From an uncultured virus (IMG/VR IMGVR_UViG_3300042430_001364) (taxonomy: Duplodnaviria; Heunggongvirae; Uroviricota; Caudoviricetes), in IMG/VR virus record IMGVR_UViG_3300042430_001364: 20,000 nucleotides of DNA. One strand, 5' to 3'. The notes beneath the pieces were generated by a model, which was not told where the DNA came from, did not search any database, and saw only the letters and a list, made by a program, of their open reading frames with translations. The number at the start of each line of letters is the position of its first letter. Within the stretch, counting starts at the first letter, position 1. This document shows positions 1 through 7,893 of this stretch, piece after piece. A program made the translations under genes and the position numbers.

Positions 1-525
1 AAGAATAGCAAAGAAACAAAAAAAGTTTCTTCTGAAAAAGATAAAGTTGAAGACAAGAAAGACGACAAATCAAATAAGAAAGCTGGAGACACTAAAACTC
101 AAGTGGCGCAACAAACTGCTGCTGAATCAGTAGCAGAAGCCGCAAGCACAACAACAGATGCCCCGCCTCCAGCTAAACAAGAAACAGAAGTTGCCCAAAT
201 AAAACTAGATGCTAAAATAGAAGCTCCAACAGTTGAAGCTCCAAAAGTAGAAGTTCAAACACCAGTGGTTGTTAAAGAAGTTCCTAAAATTGAAGTTCCT
301 TCGATCACGAATCCAATTCAGACAAATAATATAACATCAGGAACAACTACCGTTAACAACGGATTCACTACTGATGGAAAGTACGCTTCATTATATTTAT
401 CTACTGATAAAGGTGTAATCAGATTTACCACCAAATACGACGCTAACTCTACCGTTACCGTTAACGGTCAAGCTTATGTTTTAAACTTTGGGGAAAAAAG
501 TAAAGTTTACATTACTCAGAGATGA
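1..525 (+). CDS. C-terminal part of a protein with a K/E-rich then A/P/E/V-rich linker and beta-rich tail; possibly a FecR-type partner of the downstream cyclase (5' partial)
   Basis: Frame 1 is open from base 1 (KNSKETKKVSSEKDK...), so the track start at 103 is internal. The stop overlaps the cyclase ATG (ATGA 522-525). FecR identity is inferred only from context, because CHASE2 cyclases often sit next to FecR-domain genes. Confidence 0.6.
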   Translation, partial: KNSKETKKVSSEKDKVEDKKDDKSNKKAGDTKTQVAQQTAAESVAEAASTTTDAPPPAKQETEVAQIKLDAKIEAPTVEAPKVEVQTPVVVKEVPKIEVPSITNPIQTNNITSGTTTVNNGFTTDGKYASLYLSTDKGVIRFTTKYDANSTVTVNGQAYVLNFGEKSKVYITQR

Positions 526-2570
526 AGAAATATAAAATCTATACCGCAATAGCTTCGCTGTTAGTTTTGATCTGCCTCTTAACTTTAAGAGTTAAAGACC
601 CATTTTTCGTTGAGACTGCAAGACTAAAAACGCTAGATTACTATCAAATCACTCAAGAGAAAGTAAAAAGCGAAAGTGTTGTAGTTGTTGAGATAGATGA
701 GAAAACTCTTGAGAAGCATGGTCAATGGCCTTTCCCAAGACAAATCTTAGCTAGCGCAATAACAAAAGCATTTGATAACGGCGCAGAGATTGTTGTGTTG
801 CCAATTATCTTTGCTGAGAACGACAGATTCAATGGAGACTCTGCGCTAAAAGAAACTTTCGGCAAATATCCTGTAATCATTAGTCAGTCTGCGGCAAATA
901 AAGGAAAAGGCTCGCCTGTGCCTAGAGGAGTGTCAGTAATCGGCGGCGGCATAGATGAGTGGCTATTTGATTATCCTGCGGCGATTGGGCCAACAAAAGA
1001 GCTTGGCGAAGCTGCGGCTGGCGTTGGTATGCTGCTAACAGCTCCAGAAGTTGACGGCGTAGTTAGAAGATTGCCGCTTATCGTGCAAGTGAACAAAGAA
1101 CTTTATCCAACACTGCCATTAGAAATCTTGCGCGTAGCTTCTAATGATCCAAGCTATCAAGCAAAAGTTAATCAATCTGGCGTAGCTGCAATTCGCATTC
1201 CCAAATTTAAAACAATTAAAACTGACGAGAATGGGCGAGTTTGGTTGAACTTCAAATACACTTTTGATTCTTTTTCCTTCACCAAAGAAGATTGGTCTGA
1301 GGTTAAAGGCAAAATTGTTATGATTGCGCCAACGGCAGAAGGTCTTTCAAACACTGTTGCAACATCAGTTAACATTAAGAATGGCTACGAAATTCCTTTG
1401 TTTGCCGCACAAATGCTTTTAGATGACTCAAGATTAGAAAGACCATCAGAGTTTAACACTTACGAGATTCTTTATGGTTTAGTCGCGGCGTTAGTTGTTA
1501 TCGTCGCTTTCATTTGGCTGAACTACTTAATTTGTGCTGGGCTATCTATCGCTTTGATGATTGCGCCTGTGGCCTATGGCGTCAAAGCTTTTAGCAACGG
1601 ACTTCTTTTTGATTACAGTTGGATAGTTGCCGCTCTTTTCATCTGCTTTTCTGTGTCTGCGTTTATGCGTTTCATCAATGAATTTAAACAGAAACAACAA
1701 ATTAGAAAGCAGTTTGAACACTATCTTGCTCCTGCAATGGTCAAAAAGCTGCAATCTAATCCAGAGCTTTTAAAACTTGGCGGCGAAACCAAAGACTTGA
1801 CGATCTTATTCTCTGATGTTCGCGGATTTACAGCACTTAGCGAGCACTTTAAAACTGACCCGCAAGGTTTAACTTCTCTAATAAACCGTTACATGACTCC
1901 TATGCTAAAATTAGTTATGAGCAAAGATGGAACTGTTGATAAACTGATTGGAGATGCAGTAATGGCTTTTTGGAATGCTCCTGTTGATGTTGCTCGCCAC
2001 AAAGAATTAGCTATCGAGTGTGCCGTTGAGATGTTCACGAAACTTGATGAGCTAAATAAACAACTTGCATTGGAAAAATTACCGCAACTTTCGATTGGCG
2101 TAGGAGTCAATTCTGGTTCAGTTGTAGTTGGAAACATGGGTTCCGAAAATCGCTTTGACTATACTTGCCTTGGAGACGCTGTTAATCTTTCGTCGCGTTT
2201 AGAAGGCCAAAGCAAGCCTTACCACGTTGAAATTGTTATCGGCGAGCAAACCGTGAAAGGCATCGAGAACTCTTTCAATTTCCTAGAGTTAGACAACATT
2301 GCCGTCAAAGGCAAAAAAGAAGGCGTCAAAATCTATACCGTAATTGCGAACGACGAGAAGGCAAATAAGATTGTTTCTCATCACAAGAAGATGATGGAGT
2401 TCTACTACGAGATGAACTGGCAAGAAGCGGAAATCTATTTGACTAGACTAAAAACGGAAAACTCAAAGATGATGAGGTACTACGAGATGATGGAAAGCCG
2501 AATTTCTGAACTCAAAACCGCAAACTTGCCTAAAGATTGGGATGGCGTTTATCACGCAACTAGCAAGTAA
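522..2570 (+). CDS. CHASE2-domain transmembrane class III adenylate/guanylate cyclase, probably ATP-specific
   Basis: N-terminal TM, then CHASE2 motifs (VVVVEIDEKTL..GQWPFPR, DGVVRRLPL), about 3 TM helices, and catalytic motifs TILFSDVRGFT, VDKLIGDAVMAFW and GVNSGSVVVGNMGSENRFDYTCLGDAVNLSSRLE. The K in DKLIGD and D in RFDYT are the adenylate-type specificity residues. Confidence 0.95.
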   Translation: MKKYKIYTAIASLLVLICLLTLRVKDPFFVETARLKTLDYYQITQEKVKSESVVVVEIDEKTLEKHGQWPFPRQILASAITKAFDNGAEIVVLPIIFAENDRFNGDSALKETFGKYPVIISQSAANKGKGSPVPRGVSVIGGGIDEWLFDYPAAIGPTKELGEAAAGVGMLLTAPEVDGVVRRLPLIVQVNKELYPTLPLEILRVASNDPSYQAKVNQSGVAAIRIPKFKTIKTDENGRVWLNFKYTFDSFSFTKEDWSEVKGKIVMIAPTAEGLSNTVATSVNIKNGYEIPLFAAQMLLDDSRLERPSEFNTYEILYGLVAALVVIVAFIWLNYLICAGLSIALMIAPVAYGVKAFSNGLLFDYSWIVAALFICFSVSAFMRFINEFKQKQQIRKQFEHYLAPAMVKKLQSNPELLKLGGETKDLTILFSDVRGFTALSEHFKTDPQGLTSLINRYMTPMLKLVMSKDGTVDKLIGDAVMAFWNAPVDVARHKELAIECAVEMFTKLDELNKQLALEKLPQLSIGVGVNSGSVVVGNMGSENRFDYTCLGDAVNLSSRLEGQSKPYHVEIVIGEQTVKGIENSFNFLELDNIAVKGKKEGVKIYTVIANDEKANKIVSHHKKMMEFYYEMNWQEAEIYLTRLKTENSKMMRYYEMMESRISELKTANLPKDWDGVYHATSK

Positions 2571-2822
2571 TCAAAAAATTGCACCAGCATCTTTGTGCAT
2601 CTTGATGATCTTGTCAAGCACTTGCAAAGCTAAACCAAAATTCATGCTGTCAATAGCGCTAATTAAAAGCTTTTTTAAATCGTAAAGTTCGCTTTGATCT
2701 ACTCCAACAGTTTCGGTTTTCTGCGGAGAAACTAAACCCACAGGCGAATTTCTAGCGTACATTGAAGCCGCATCTTTAATGTTTGGCCCAAAAGAGATAG
2801 AATTGACAGGAGAAATCTGCAT
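2571..2822 (-). CDS. Hypothetical protein, 83 aa
   Basis: Fills the gap exactly, with its stop abutting the cyclase stop. ATG is preceded by the GTGTAA motif shared with the other - strand genes. Confidence 0.7.
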   Translation of the reverse strand: MQISPVNSISFGPNIKDAASMYARNSPVGLVSPQKTETVGVDQSELYDLKKLLISAIDSMNFGLALQVLDKIIKMHKDAGAIF

Positions 2823-2839
2823 TCTAATTTATTTTACAC
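2823..2839 (-). promoter_or_regulatory. GTGTAA motif, candidate phage-specific (late) promoter
   Basis: - strand reads GTGTAA-AATAAATTAGA-ATG(2822). Confidence 0.55.
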
Positions 2840-2854
2840 TTTTTTCAAGAAAAA

Positions 2855-2897
2855 TCCTAAAAACGCTTGACACACCTGCAAAAATCACTTTGATCTA
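2855..2897 (+). promoter_or_regulatory. Sigma70-like promoter (-35 TTGACA)
   Basis: TTGACA at 2867-2872 preceded by A-tracts and 39 nt before ATG 2906. The -10 element is ambiguous. Confidence 0.55.
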
Positions 2898-2905
2898 CCT
2901 TGTAA

Positions 2906-3307
2906 ATGAAATTCACTCCCGAAAATATATCTTCTCTTGAGCCTCACCAAATCTTCGTATTTGGCAGCAATTTAGCTGGAATTCATGGTGCTGGAGCTGC
3001 TGCTCTTGCCCACAAGAAATTCGGCGCAATTTGGAAAAAAGGCGTTGGGCTTTATGGCCAATCTTACGCTTTGCCAACCAAAGATCATCAAATCATTACT
3101 TTGCCGCTTTCTGACATTGAATACCAAATCGACTTGTTTTTAGGTACAGCTAGTCTCTTTCCTCAACTTGAGTTTTTGGTAACTAAAATTGGCTGCGGTC
3201 TTGCTGGATACAGCGTTGAAGATGTTGCCGCTTTATTTAAAGGAAAAGAAATTCCTTCTAACGTTATTTTGCCAGAATGCTTTCACAAAATTATATATGA
3301 AAATTAA
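2906..3307 (+). CDS. Macro-domain-like phage protein (A1S_2505-like family)
   Basis: Motifs IFVFGSNLAGIHGAGAA, GQSYALPTK and FLVTKIGCGLAGY. Confidence 0.8.
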   Translation: MKFTPENISSLEPHQIFVFGSNLAGIHGAGAAALAHKKFGAIWKKGVGLYGQSYALPTKDHQIITLPLSDIEYQIDLFLGTASLFPQLEFLVTKIGCGLAGYSVEDVAALFKGKEIPSNVILPECFHKIIYEN

Positions 3308-3518
3308 AATCACCAAAGAACAGCGAGCAAAGATTGCTGAGATTAGAAAACTAATTGCAGCTCATCAACTAGAGCAAGATAAGATTGTTGATAGCTTTAT
3401 CGCATCTATGAATTTAGGAGATGAAGTTGTTAACACGGGCACTTACGTTTGTAAGAAACAAGAAGTTGTTTGGGATTACATCTACAATGATTCAAAATGG
3501 ATGGTTGAACTGGAATAA
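3297..3518 (+). CDS. Hypothetical protein (MKIKITKEQ...)
   Basis: Start corrected to the ATG at 3297, which overlaps the end of the upstream gene. Confidence 0.75.
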   Translation: MKIKITKEQRAKIAEIRKLIAAHQLEQDKIVDSFIASMNLGDEVVNTGTYVCKKQEVVWDYIYNDSKWMVELE

Positions 3519-3522
3519 CTTT

Positions 3523-3717
3523 ATGCAGCCCGACTTTATTGATTTTTTGCTTATTTTGTGGCTTTTAATGGGACCCAGCATATACATGGAAACACATATG
3601 TCTGTAAATCTTAGACCTCAAAGAATTATCCTGTTTATTCTTTGCGGACCCGTCATGTGGTTTCTTGCATTGTTAAAATTAATACTATCTCCATTTTACC
3701 TCTGGATGACAAAATAA
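3523..3717 (+). CDS. Small membrane protein, about 2 TM
   Basis: Start corrected to 3523 (MQPDFIDF...). Two hydrophobic stretches. Confidence 0.65.
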   Translation: MQPDFIDFLLILWLLMGPSIYMETHMSVNLRPQRIILFILCGPVMWFLALLKLILSPFYLWMTK

Positions 3718-3724
3718 TAAATTT

Positions 3725-3937
3725 ATGAAAGCAACACTAGAATTTAACTTACCCGAAGATAACTATGAGCATATGCGAGCTATTCATTGCAATCAAGCAT
3801 GGCACTCATTGTATGAAATTGATGCTATGTGCCGCAATTTATTGAAGTATGGCAACAATGATTGCAAAACTGTAGAACAACTTGCTCAAGCTATCCGAGC
3901 AGAAGCAGGAAATGCTCTTCATCAGGTCGAGGAATAA
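3725..3937 (+). CDS. Conserved phage hypothetical protein (MKATLEFNLPED type)
   Basis: N-terminal motif typical of small phage proteins; tiles with its neighbours. Confidence 0.8.
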   Translation: MKATLEFNLPEDNYEHMRAIHCNQAWHSLYEIDAMCRNLLKYGNNDCKTVEQLAQAIRAEAGNALHQVEE

Positions 3938-3939
3938 TT

Positions 3940-4140
3940 ATGAAACTATTTCAACGCTCTATCGGTCATTACATTTTTTGGGTTGGCTTTATTTACTTTT
4001 GGGTAGGCATGTACAATCTGTTCATCGACAAATTCACCGATATATTTATTATTCAAATTGTCTGGTTGTTCATAACGGCTCTTCCCCTTTGGTTTAAACC
4101 TCTTGCTAAATTTTTAAATACAACTACATTATTCCAATGA
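3940..4140 (+). CDS. Small membrane protein, 2 TM
   Basis: Start corrected to 3940 (MKLFQRSIGH...). ATGA overlap with the next gene. Confidence 0.7.
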   Translation: MKLFQRSIGHYIFWVGFIYFWVGMYNLFIDKFTDIFIIQIVWLFITALPLWFKPLAKFLNTTTLFQ

Positions 4141-4358
4141 AAAGCAAAATCCAACAACTTGAAGAAGAAATACATGAACAATGTGTATTGAACGGTAAGG
4201 GTGCTGAACGTGAAGCAGCTTTGCTTAGCAAAGTCGAGCGTCTTGAGAAGGACAATGCTATCTTGAAGAAAAGGTATAATATTTTATTCCAATATACGAC
4301 AGATACGGATGTTAAAATACATAAGGCAATAATGGGCGCGCTTGACGTTGGTGAGTAG
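4137..4358 (+). CDS. Hypothetical coiled-coil protein
   Basis: ATGA coupling with the upstream gene and a heptad-like pattern. Confidence 0.75.
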   Translation: MKSKIQQLEEEIHEQCVLNGKGAEREAALLSKVERLEKDNAILKKRYNILFQYTTDTDVKIHKAIMGALDVGE

Positions 4359-4365
4359 AAACATC

Positions 4366-4393
4366 TTGACATTATATAAAAATTATACATTAT
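4366..4393 (+). promoter_or_regulatory. Sigma70-like promoter, probably leaderless
   Basis: TTGACA-16 nt-CATTAT, then 7 nt to ATG 4401. Confidence 0.7.
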
Positions 4394-4400
4394 ACACACT

Positions 4401-5000
4401 ATGAAAACAGAATTAGAACAAAAACTATTTGAGAAGTATCCAAAGATTTTCGGCGACCGTACCAAGCCAAAGACCGAGAGCTGTATGTGTTGGGGTCTTG
4501 AAGTGGGCGATGGTTGGTATGATCTTATTGATATTCTTTGCGAAGCTCTTACCTACACCTACACTACTTCTATCCAAGTAGATAAAGAAGATGGTGAGCG
4601 TCTTGGTATCACACCGTTTATTAACAAGGACGAGGAAGCTACCTATTACTTTACAGTGCGGCCACCGCAAGTTATTGCAGAGCAAGTTAAAGAGAAGTTT
4701 GGCACACTTCGTTTTTATTATCGTCTTGAGTTTGACGAGAAAAACGTTTCTCTTTTAAATACTAAAAAGTATCCTGAACTTCAAAAAATCAATGATCGGT
4801 TTAGTAATTATCTTGATGGCACCATTCATTTTGCGGAGACCGCTTCTGGCAAAACTTGTGAAGCGACGGGTCAACTTGGTGAACTGCATTCGCGTGGCGG
4901 GTGGTTAAAGACATTGAACAAACAATTCGCAAAGACTAATGTGACAACTCAAAACTATCTTCCTTACTCGGAGATTGTTAAAAATGAAAATTGTAATTAA
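4401..5000 (+). CDS. Conserved phage hypothetical protein (GWxxLI / QVKEKFGxLRFY family)
   Basis: Motifs GDGWYDLI, QVKEKFGTLRFY and SGKTCEATG. Confidence 0.85.
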   Translation: MKTELEQKLFEKYPKIFGDRTKPKTESCMCWGLEVGDGWYDLIDILCEALTYTYTTSIQVDKEDGERLGITPFINKDEEATYYFTVRPPQVIAEQVKEKFGTLRFYYRLEFDEKNVSLLNTKKYPELQKINDRFSNYLDGTIHFAETASGKTCEATGQLGELHSRGGWLKTLNKQFAKTNVTTQNYLPYSEIVKNENCN

Positions 5001-5259
5001 CACTTGTCACGGTGGCTTTGGGCTTTCTAAAGAAGCTCTTGCCCTTTATAATGAACGCGCTGGTACTGCGATTAAATATGAGGATGACATTAAGCGTAAC
5101 GATCTTATTCTAATAGAAATTGTAGAGCAGCTAGGAGAAGCTGCTAACGGGGGTTTTGCAAAACTTAAAGTTGTAAAGATTCCCGATGATGTTCAATGGC
5201 AGATTGAAGAGTATGACGGCGTCGAATGGGTCGCTGAAAAACATAGAATTTGGAATTAA
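4984..5259 (+). CDS. Conserved phage hypothetical protein (KIVIN..GGFGLS / EYDGxEWVAEKHR family)
   Basis: Characteristic motifs; paralog of 15366-15722. Start set to ATG 4984. Confidence 0.85.
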   Translation: MKIVINTCHGGFGLSKEALALYNERAGTAIKYEDDIKRNDLILIEIVEQLGEAANGGFAKLKVVKIPDDVQWQIEEYDGVEWVAEKHRIWN

Positions 5260-5260
5260 T

Positions 5261-5485
5261 ATGAAAAATAATAAAGACATGAAAGTAGAAATTGATCCAG
5301 ATACAGCTGACGGTATTGTTCGCGCTTCCTTAAAGCAGACTATTGAATACCTTCATGAAGACATTGCAGACCTCAAAAAGAAAAAGAAAACCGAGTATTA
5401 TCAAAAACACGAGTTGGGTGAACTCATTATAACTTTGGACGCTATGGAAAAGACTTTTGATTATTACGGAGGTAACTTAAAATGA
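5261..5485 (+). CDS. Hypothetical protein
   Basis: Start corrected to 5261; tiles with its neighbours. Confidence 0.75.
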   Translation: MKNNKDMKVEIDPDTADGIVRASLKQTIEYLHEDIADLKKKKKTEYYQKHELGELIITLDAMEKTFDYYGGNLK

Positions 5486-5772
5486 TAATCCAAGTAACAC
5501 AAAAAGATATTGACAAAGGACTCAAATCAACTTGTTATGAATGTCCAGTCGCTCTTGCGTTTAAACGTAAAGTTAAAAATCAAATTCGTTATGGATTCGC
5601 TGTTAATGCTGAATCCATAGAACATTTTACCAAAGACATGTGGTATATTTACGCTCTACCTAAAGAGGCAAAAAAATTCATTCAACGATTCGATCACGAT
5701 CAACCTGTAAAACCATTCACATTTGAAACACAAAAAGACAAAGTGAAAAACCATCCACTTTCGAAGTACTAA
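5482..5772 (+). CDS. Hypothetical protein with CxxCPVALA motif (tandem paralog 1)
   Basis: Clear similarity to 5780-6046. Confidence 0.8.
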   Translation: MIIQVTQKDIDKGLKSTCYECPVALAFKRKVKNQIRYGFAVNAESIEHFTKDMWYIYALPKEAKKFIQRFDHDQPVKPFTFETQKDKVKNHPLSKY

Positions 5773-5779
5773 AGACAAA

Positions 5780-6046
5780 ATGAAAATTAAAGTTACTCTT
5801 AAAGATATTGAAGAAGGATATAGAGGGAGTTGTTATGATTGCCCCGTAGCTCTTGCATTTAAACGGGAAGTTAAACCGACAACCCAAATTGGGTTGAATG
5901 TTGGCGCTGAACGAATACTTCATCGCGAAGTACATGAATGGGACACATACACGCTGCCTAAAAAAGCGCAAACTTTTATTAAACGATTTGATGATGGGAA
6001 ACCGGTTAAGCCATTCACTTTTGAAATTGAAAAGGATTTAAAATGA
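5780..6046 (+). CDS. Hypothetical protein with CxxCPVALA motif (tandem paralog 2)
   Basis: Shares VTxKDIxxG, CYxCPVALAFKR and LPKxAxxFIxRFD...PVKPFTFE with the previous gene. Confidence 0.8.
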   Translation: MKIKVTLKDIEEGYRGSCYDCPVALAFKREVKPTTQIGLNVGAERILHREVHEWDTYTLPKKAQTFIKRFDDGKPVKPFTFEIEKDLK

Positions 6047-6522
6047 AAAAGAATAAAGATTTAGAATACTATCAGAACGAATGCCAACGTCTTCGTTCCG
6101 AACTTAACTATAAGTTCCAGACTGATCCGGTAACTGCAAGTGCAGCCGCCAGAGAAGACCAGCGGCTTTACCGTAAGGTGGGCAAGAAGTTCATTCCTGC
6201 AAATGACCCATACGCTTATGATGGTCTCCGTGAAGGCTTTTGGCTCATTCATATTACACAAGGATGCACTTCTATTCGTCAGCAAATTTATCCAGAGAAG
6301 TCTGCAATTACTGCGGCGGCTCGTCTTATGGAAAATAAGCTAGTTGATATTATCCGTAAAGCATGTGAGGCTCGTCCTGCCAAAATTACTCTATCTCCCG
6401 AAGAAAAGAAAGATTGGGATAAATTTGTTGCGAAACACGGTGACTCGTTTAATACTCTTTGCTATCCTTCTATTCAAGAGAATGCAGAGAAGATTGTTGC
6501 TGCTTTGGTTGATAACAAATGA
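6043..6522 (+). CDS. Hypothetical protein, 159 aa
   Basis: ATGA overlaps at both ends. Confidence 0.8.
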   Translation: MKKNKDLEYYQNECQRLRSELNYKFQTDPVTASAAAREDQRLYRKVGKKFIPANDPYAYDGLREGFWLIHITQGCTSIRQQIYPEKSAITAAARLMENKLVDIIRKACEARPAKITLSPEEKKDWDKFVAKHGDSFNTLCYPSIQENAEKIVAALVDNK

Positions 6523-6812
6523 AAGCTGAACAACAAAGAATCGCCATTGCTGAAGCGACAGGATGGAAGTGTAGCGAATACTCGCACGAATTGGGGCGAC
6601 TTGTCGCGCAGTTCATCCCCGACTTCATTCACGACTTGAACGCTATGCAATCGGCGGAGAACACTCTCAGTGTTAGAGACAAACAGGGTTATATCTCAAT
6701 TTTGCGCAATATTTGCACAGTCGCAGGGTGTTGGCCGGAAACGGCCACCTCCGCCCAACGCGCAGAAGCTTTTCTCCGCACGATTGGCAAATGGGAGGAC
6801 GACAAATGTTGA
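6519..6812 (+). CDS. Phage protein resembling the phage ABA sandwich family
   Basis: Motifs RIAIAE..GW, PDFIHDLNAM and ATSAQRAEAFLRTIGKW. Visibly GC-richer than its flanks. Confidence 0.65.
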   Translation: MKAEQQRIAIAEATGWKCSEYSHELGRLVAQFIPDFIHDLNAMQSAENTLSVRDKQGYISILRNICTVAGCWPETATSAQRAEAFLRTIGKWEDDKC

Positions 6813-7177
6813 GAGAAGCCGATAGAGTTATGGAATGGAGAAAAAAGTACGAAGAATTGGAAGAGTATCTTCGCTTTATCGGCAAACAAATTCCTTGTAA
6901 TACTGGCGGCACGTTTGAAAATGATCCGCCCGATGCTATTATGGATGCTGTTGTAAGAGCATTAAACGCAGCGAGAGTGGAACCTATATATAATAAAGAA
7001 GTATTCGACAACACTTTAGAGTCATTGCGTTATAATGTTGAACGCACTAAAGTATTTGAAGAAATTGCTGATATGCTTTATAAAGCAGGATATGATCAAA
7101 GAGATGCTGTTAAAAAGATTTACGAGATCGTAAGAGAGAAATATCCAATTGGTGTATATGGTCCTTCTACTCAATAA
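6806..7177 (+). CDS. Hypothetical protein
   Basis: Start corrected to 6806 (MLREADRV...). Confidence 0.7.
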   Translation: MLREADRVMEWRKKYEELEEYLRFIGKQIPCNTGGTFENDPPDAIMDAVVRALNAARVEPIYNKEVFDNTLESLRYNVERTKVFEEIADMLYKAGYDQRDAVKKIYEIVREKYPIGVYGPSTQ

Positions 7178-7188
7178 CAAATAAATTT

Positions 7189-7404
7189 ATGTTTCAATAC
7201 ATTATCAAAGGAGATTGTTTTAAAGCCGTAGCTGTTAAATCAGAAATGAATCATATGGAGATGGGGGATTATGTGCGTGAACATAGCAAGAAAATACATA
7301 ACGAATCGTATGATAGGGTATTTTCTCTTGGTGCTATAGATATAGTTAACCCAAAAGTTATGTCTCCTAATGATTTTGCGAATTGTGGACCTTATATTAT
7401 TTAA
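7189..7404 (+). CDS. Hypothetical protein
   Basis: Tiles between its neighbours; AT-rich sequence before the start. Confidence 0.65.
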   Translation: MFQYIIKGDCFKAVAVKSEMNHMEMGDYVREHSKKIHNESYDRVFSLGAIDIVNPKVMSPNDFANCGPYII

Positions 7405-7408
7405 ATTT

Positions 7409-7828
7409 ATGTACGCATCAAACTATAGTAAAAACCTCATTACAGCGGAAGAGAAAGTAGCCGAGTTAATGAAGCAACGTGACGCACGCGAGGCCGAGTA
7501 TATTCGCGGCGCACGAATGGTTGCCGAGTCCGCCTCCGCGTGGCAAGTCCGCGCCGAGAAAGCCGAAGAGCGTCTTGAATGGCTTGAAAGATTTCTTCAA
7601 GCTGGAGGCACGAGCATAAATACCGTGTCTTATTATACTGTTGAAAATCATCCTGATGACACCGATGAAACACGTTTCAATATGCCATTTAAAATCGGCA
7701 TGAGTGTGGAAACTGAGAATCGTGGTTGCTACCGGTGGGTTGAGTTTAGTAACGGCGCAAAAGGTATTTGCCCAGCTATTGATGCCGCTAAAATCAAATA
7801 CGATGAATGGCGGCGAGAACAATTCTAA
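7409..7828 (+). CDS. Hypothetical protein with N-terminal coiled coil
   Basis: Start corrected to 7409 (MYASNYSK...). Confidence 0.75.
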   Translation: MYASNYSKNLITAEEKVAELMKQRDAREAEYIRGARMVAESASAWQVRAEKAEERLEWLERFLQAGGTSINTVSYYTVENHPDDTDETRFNMPFKIGMSVETENRGCYRWVEFSNGAKGICPAIDAAKIKYDEWRREQF

Positions 7829-7893
7829 AAAAAGTCATTAGAAACACTTGACATCTAATGTAAAATAAGTAGGTTCTCTTTTGTTCTTTCACA
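7827..7893 (+). promoter_or_regulatory. Sigma70-like promoter followed by a boxA-like antitermination element
   Basis: A-tract, TTGACA (7848-7853), 16 nt, TAGGTT (7870-7875), predicted +1 near G7883. TGTTCTTTCACA (7882-7893) matches E. coli rrn boxA TGCTCTTTAACA at 10 of 12 positions. Confidence 0.65.

Noticed and set aside
6246..6259. Fourth GTGTAATATG on the - strand with ORF 6061-6285
   Set aside because: It lies inside a well-coupled + strand gene and the spacing to ATG (1 or 5 nt) differs from the 8-11 nt pattern, so it is probably chance.
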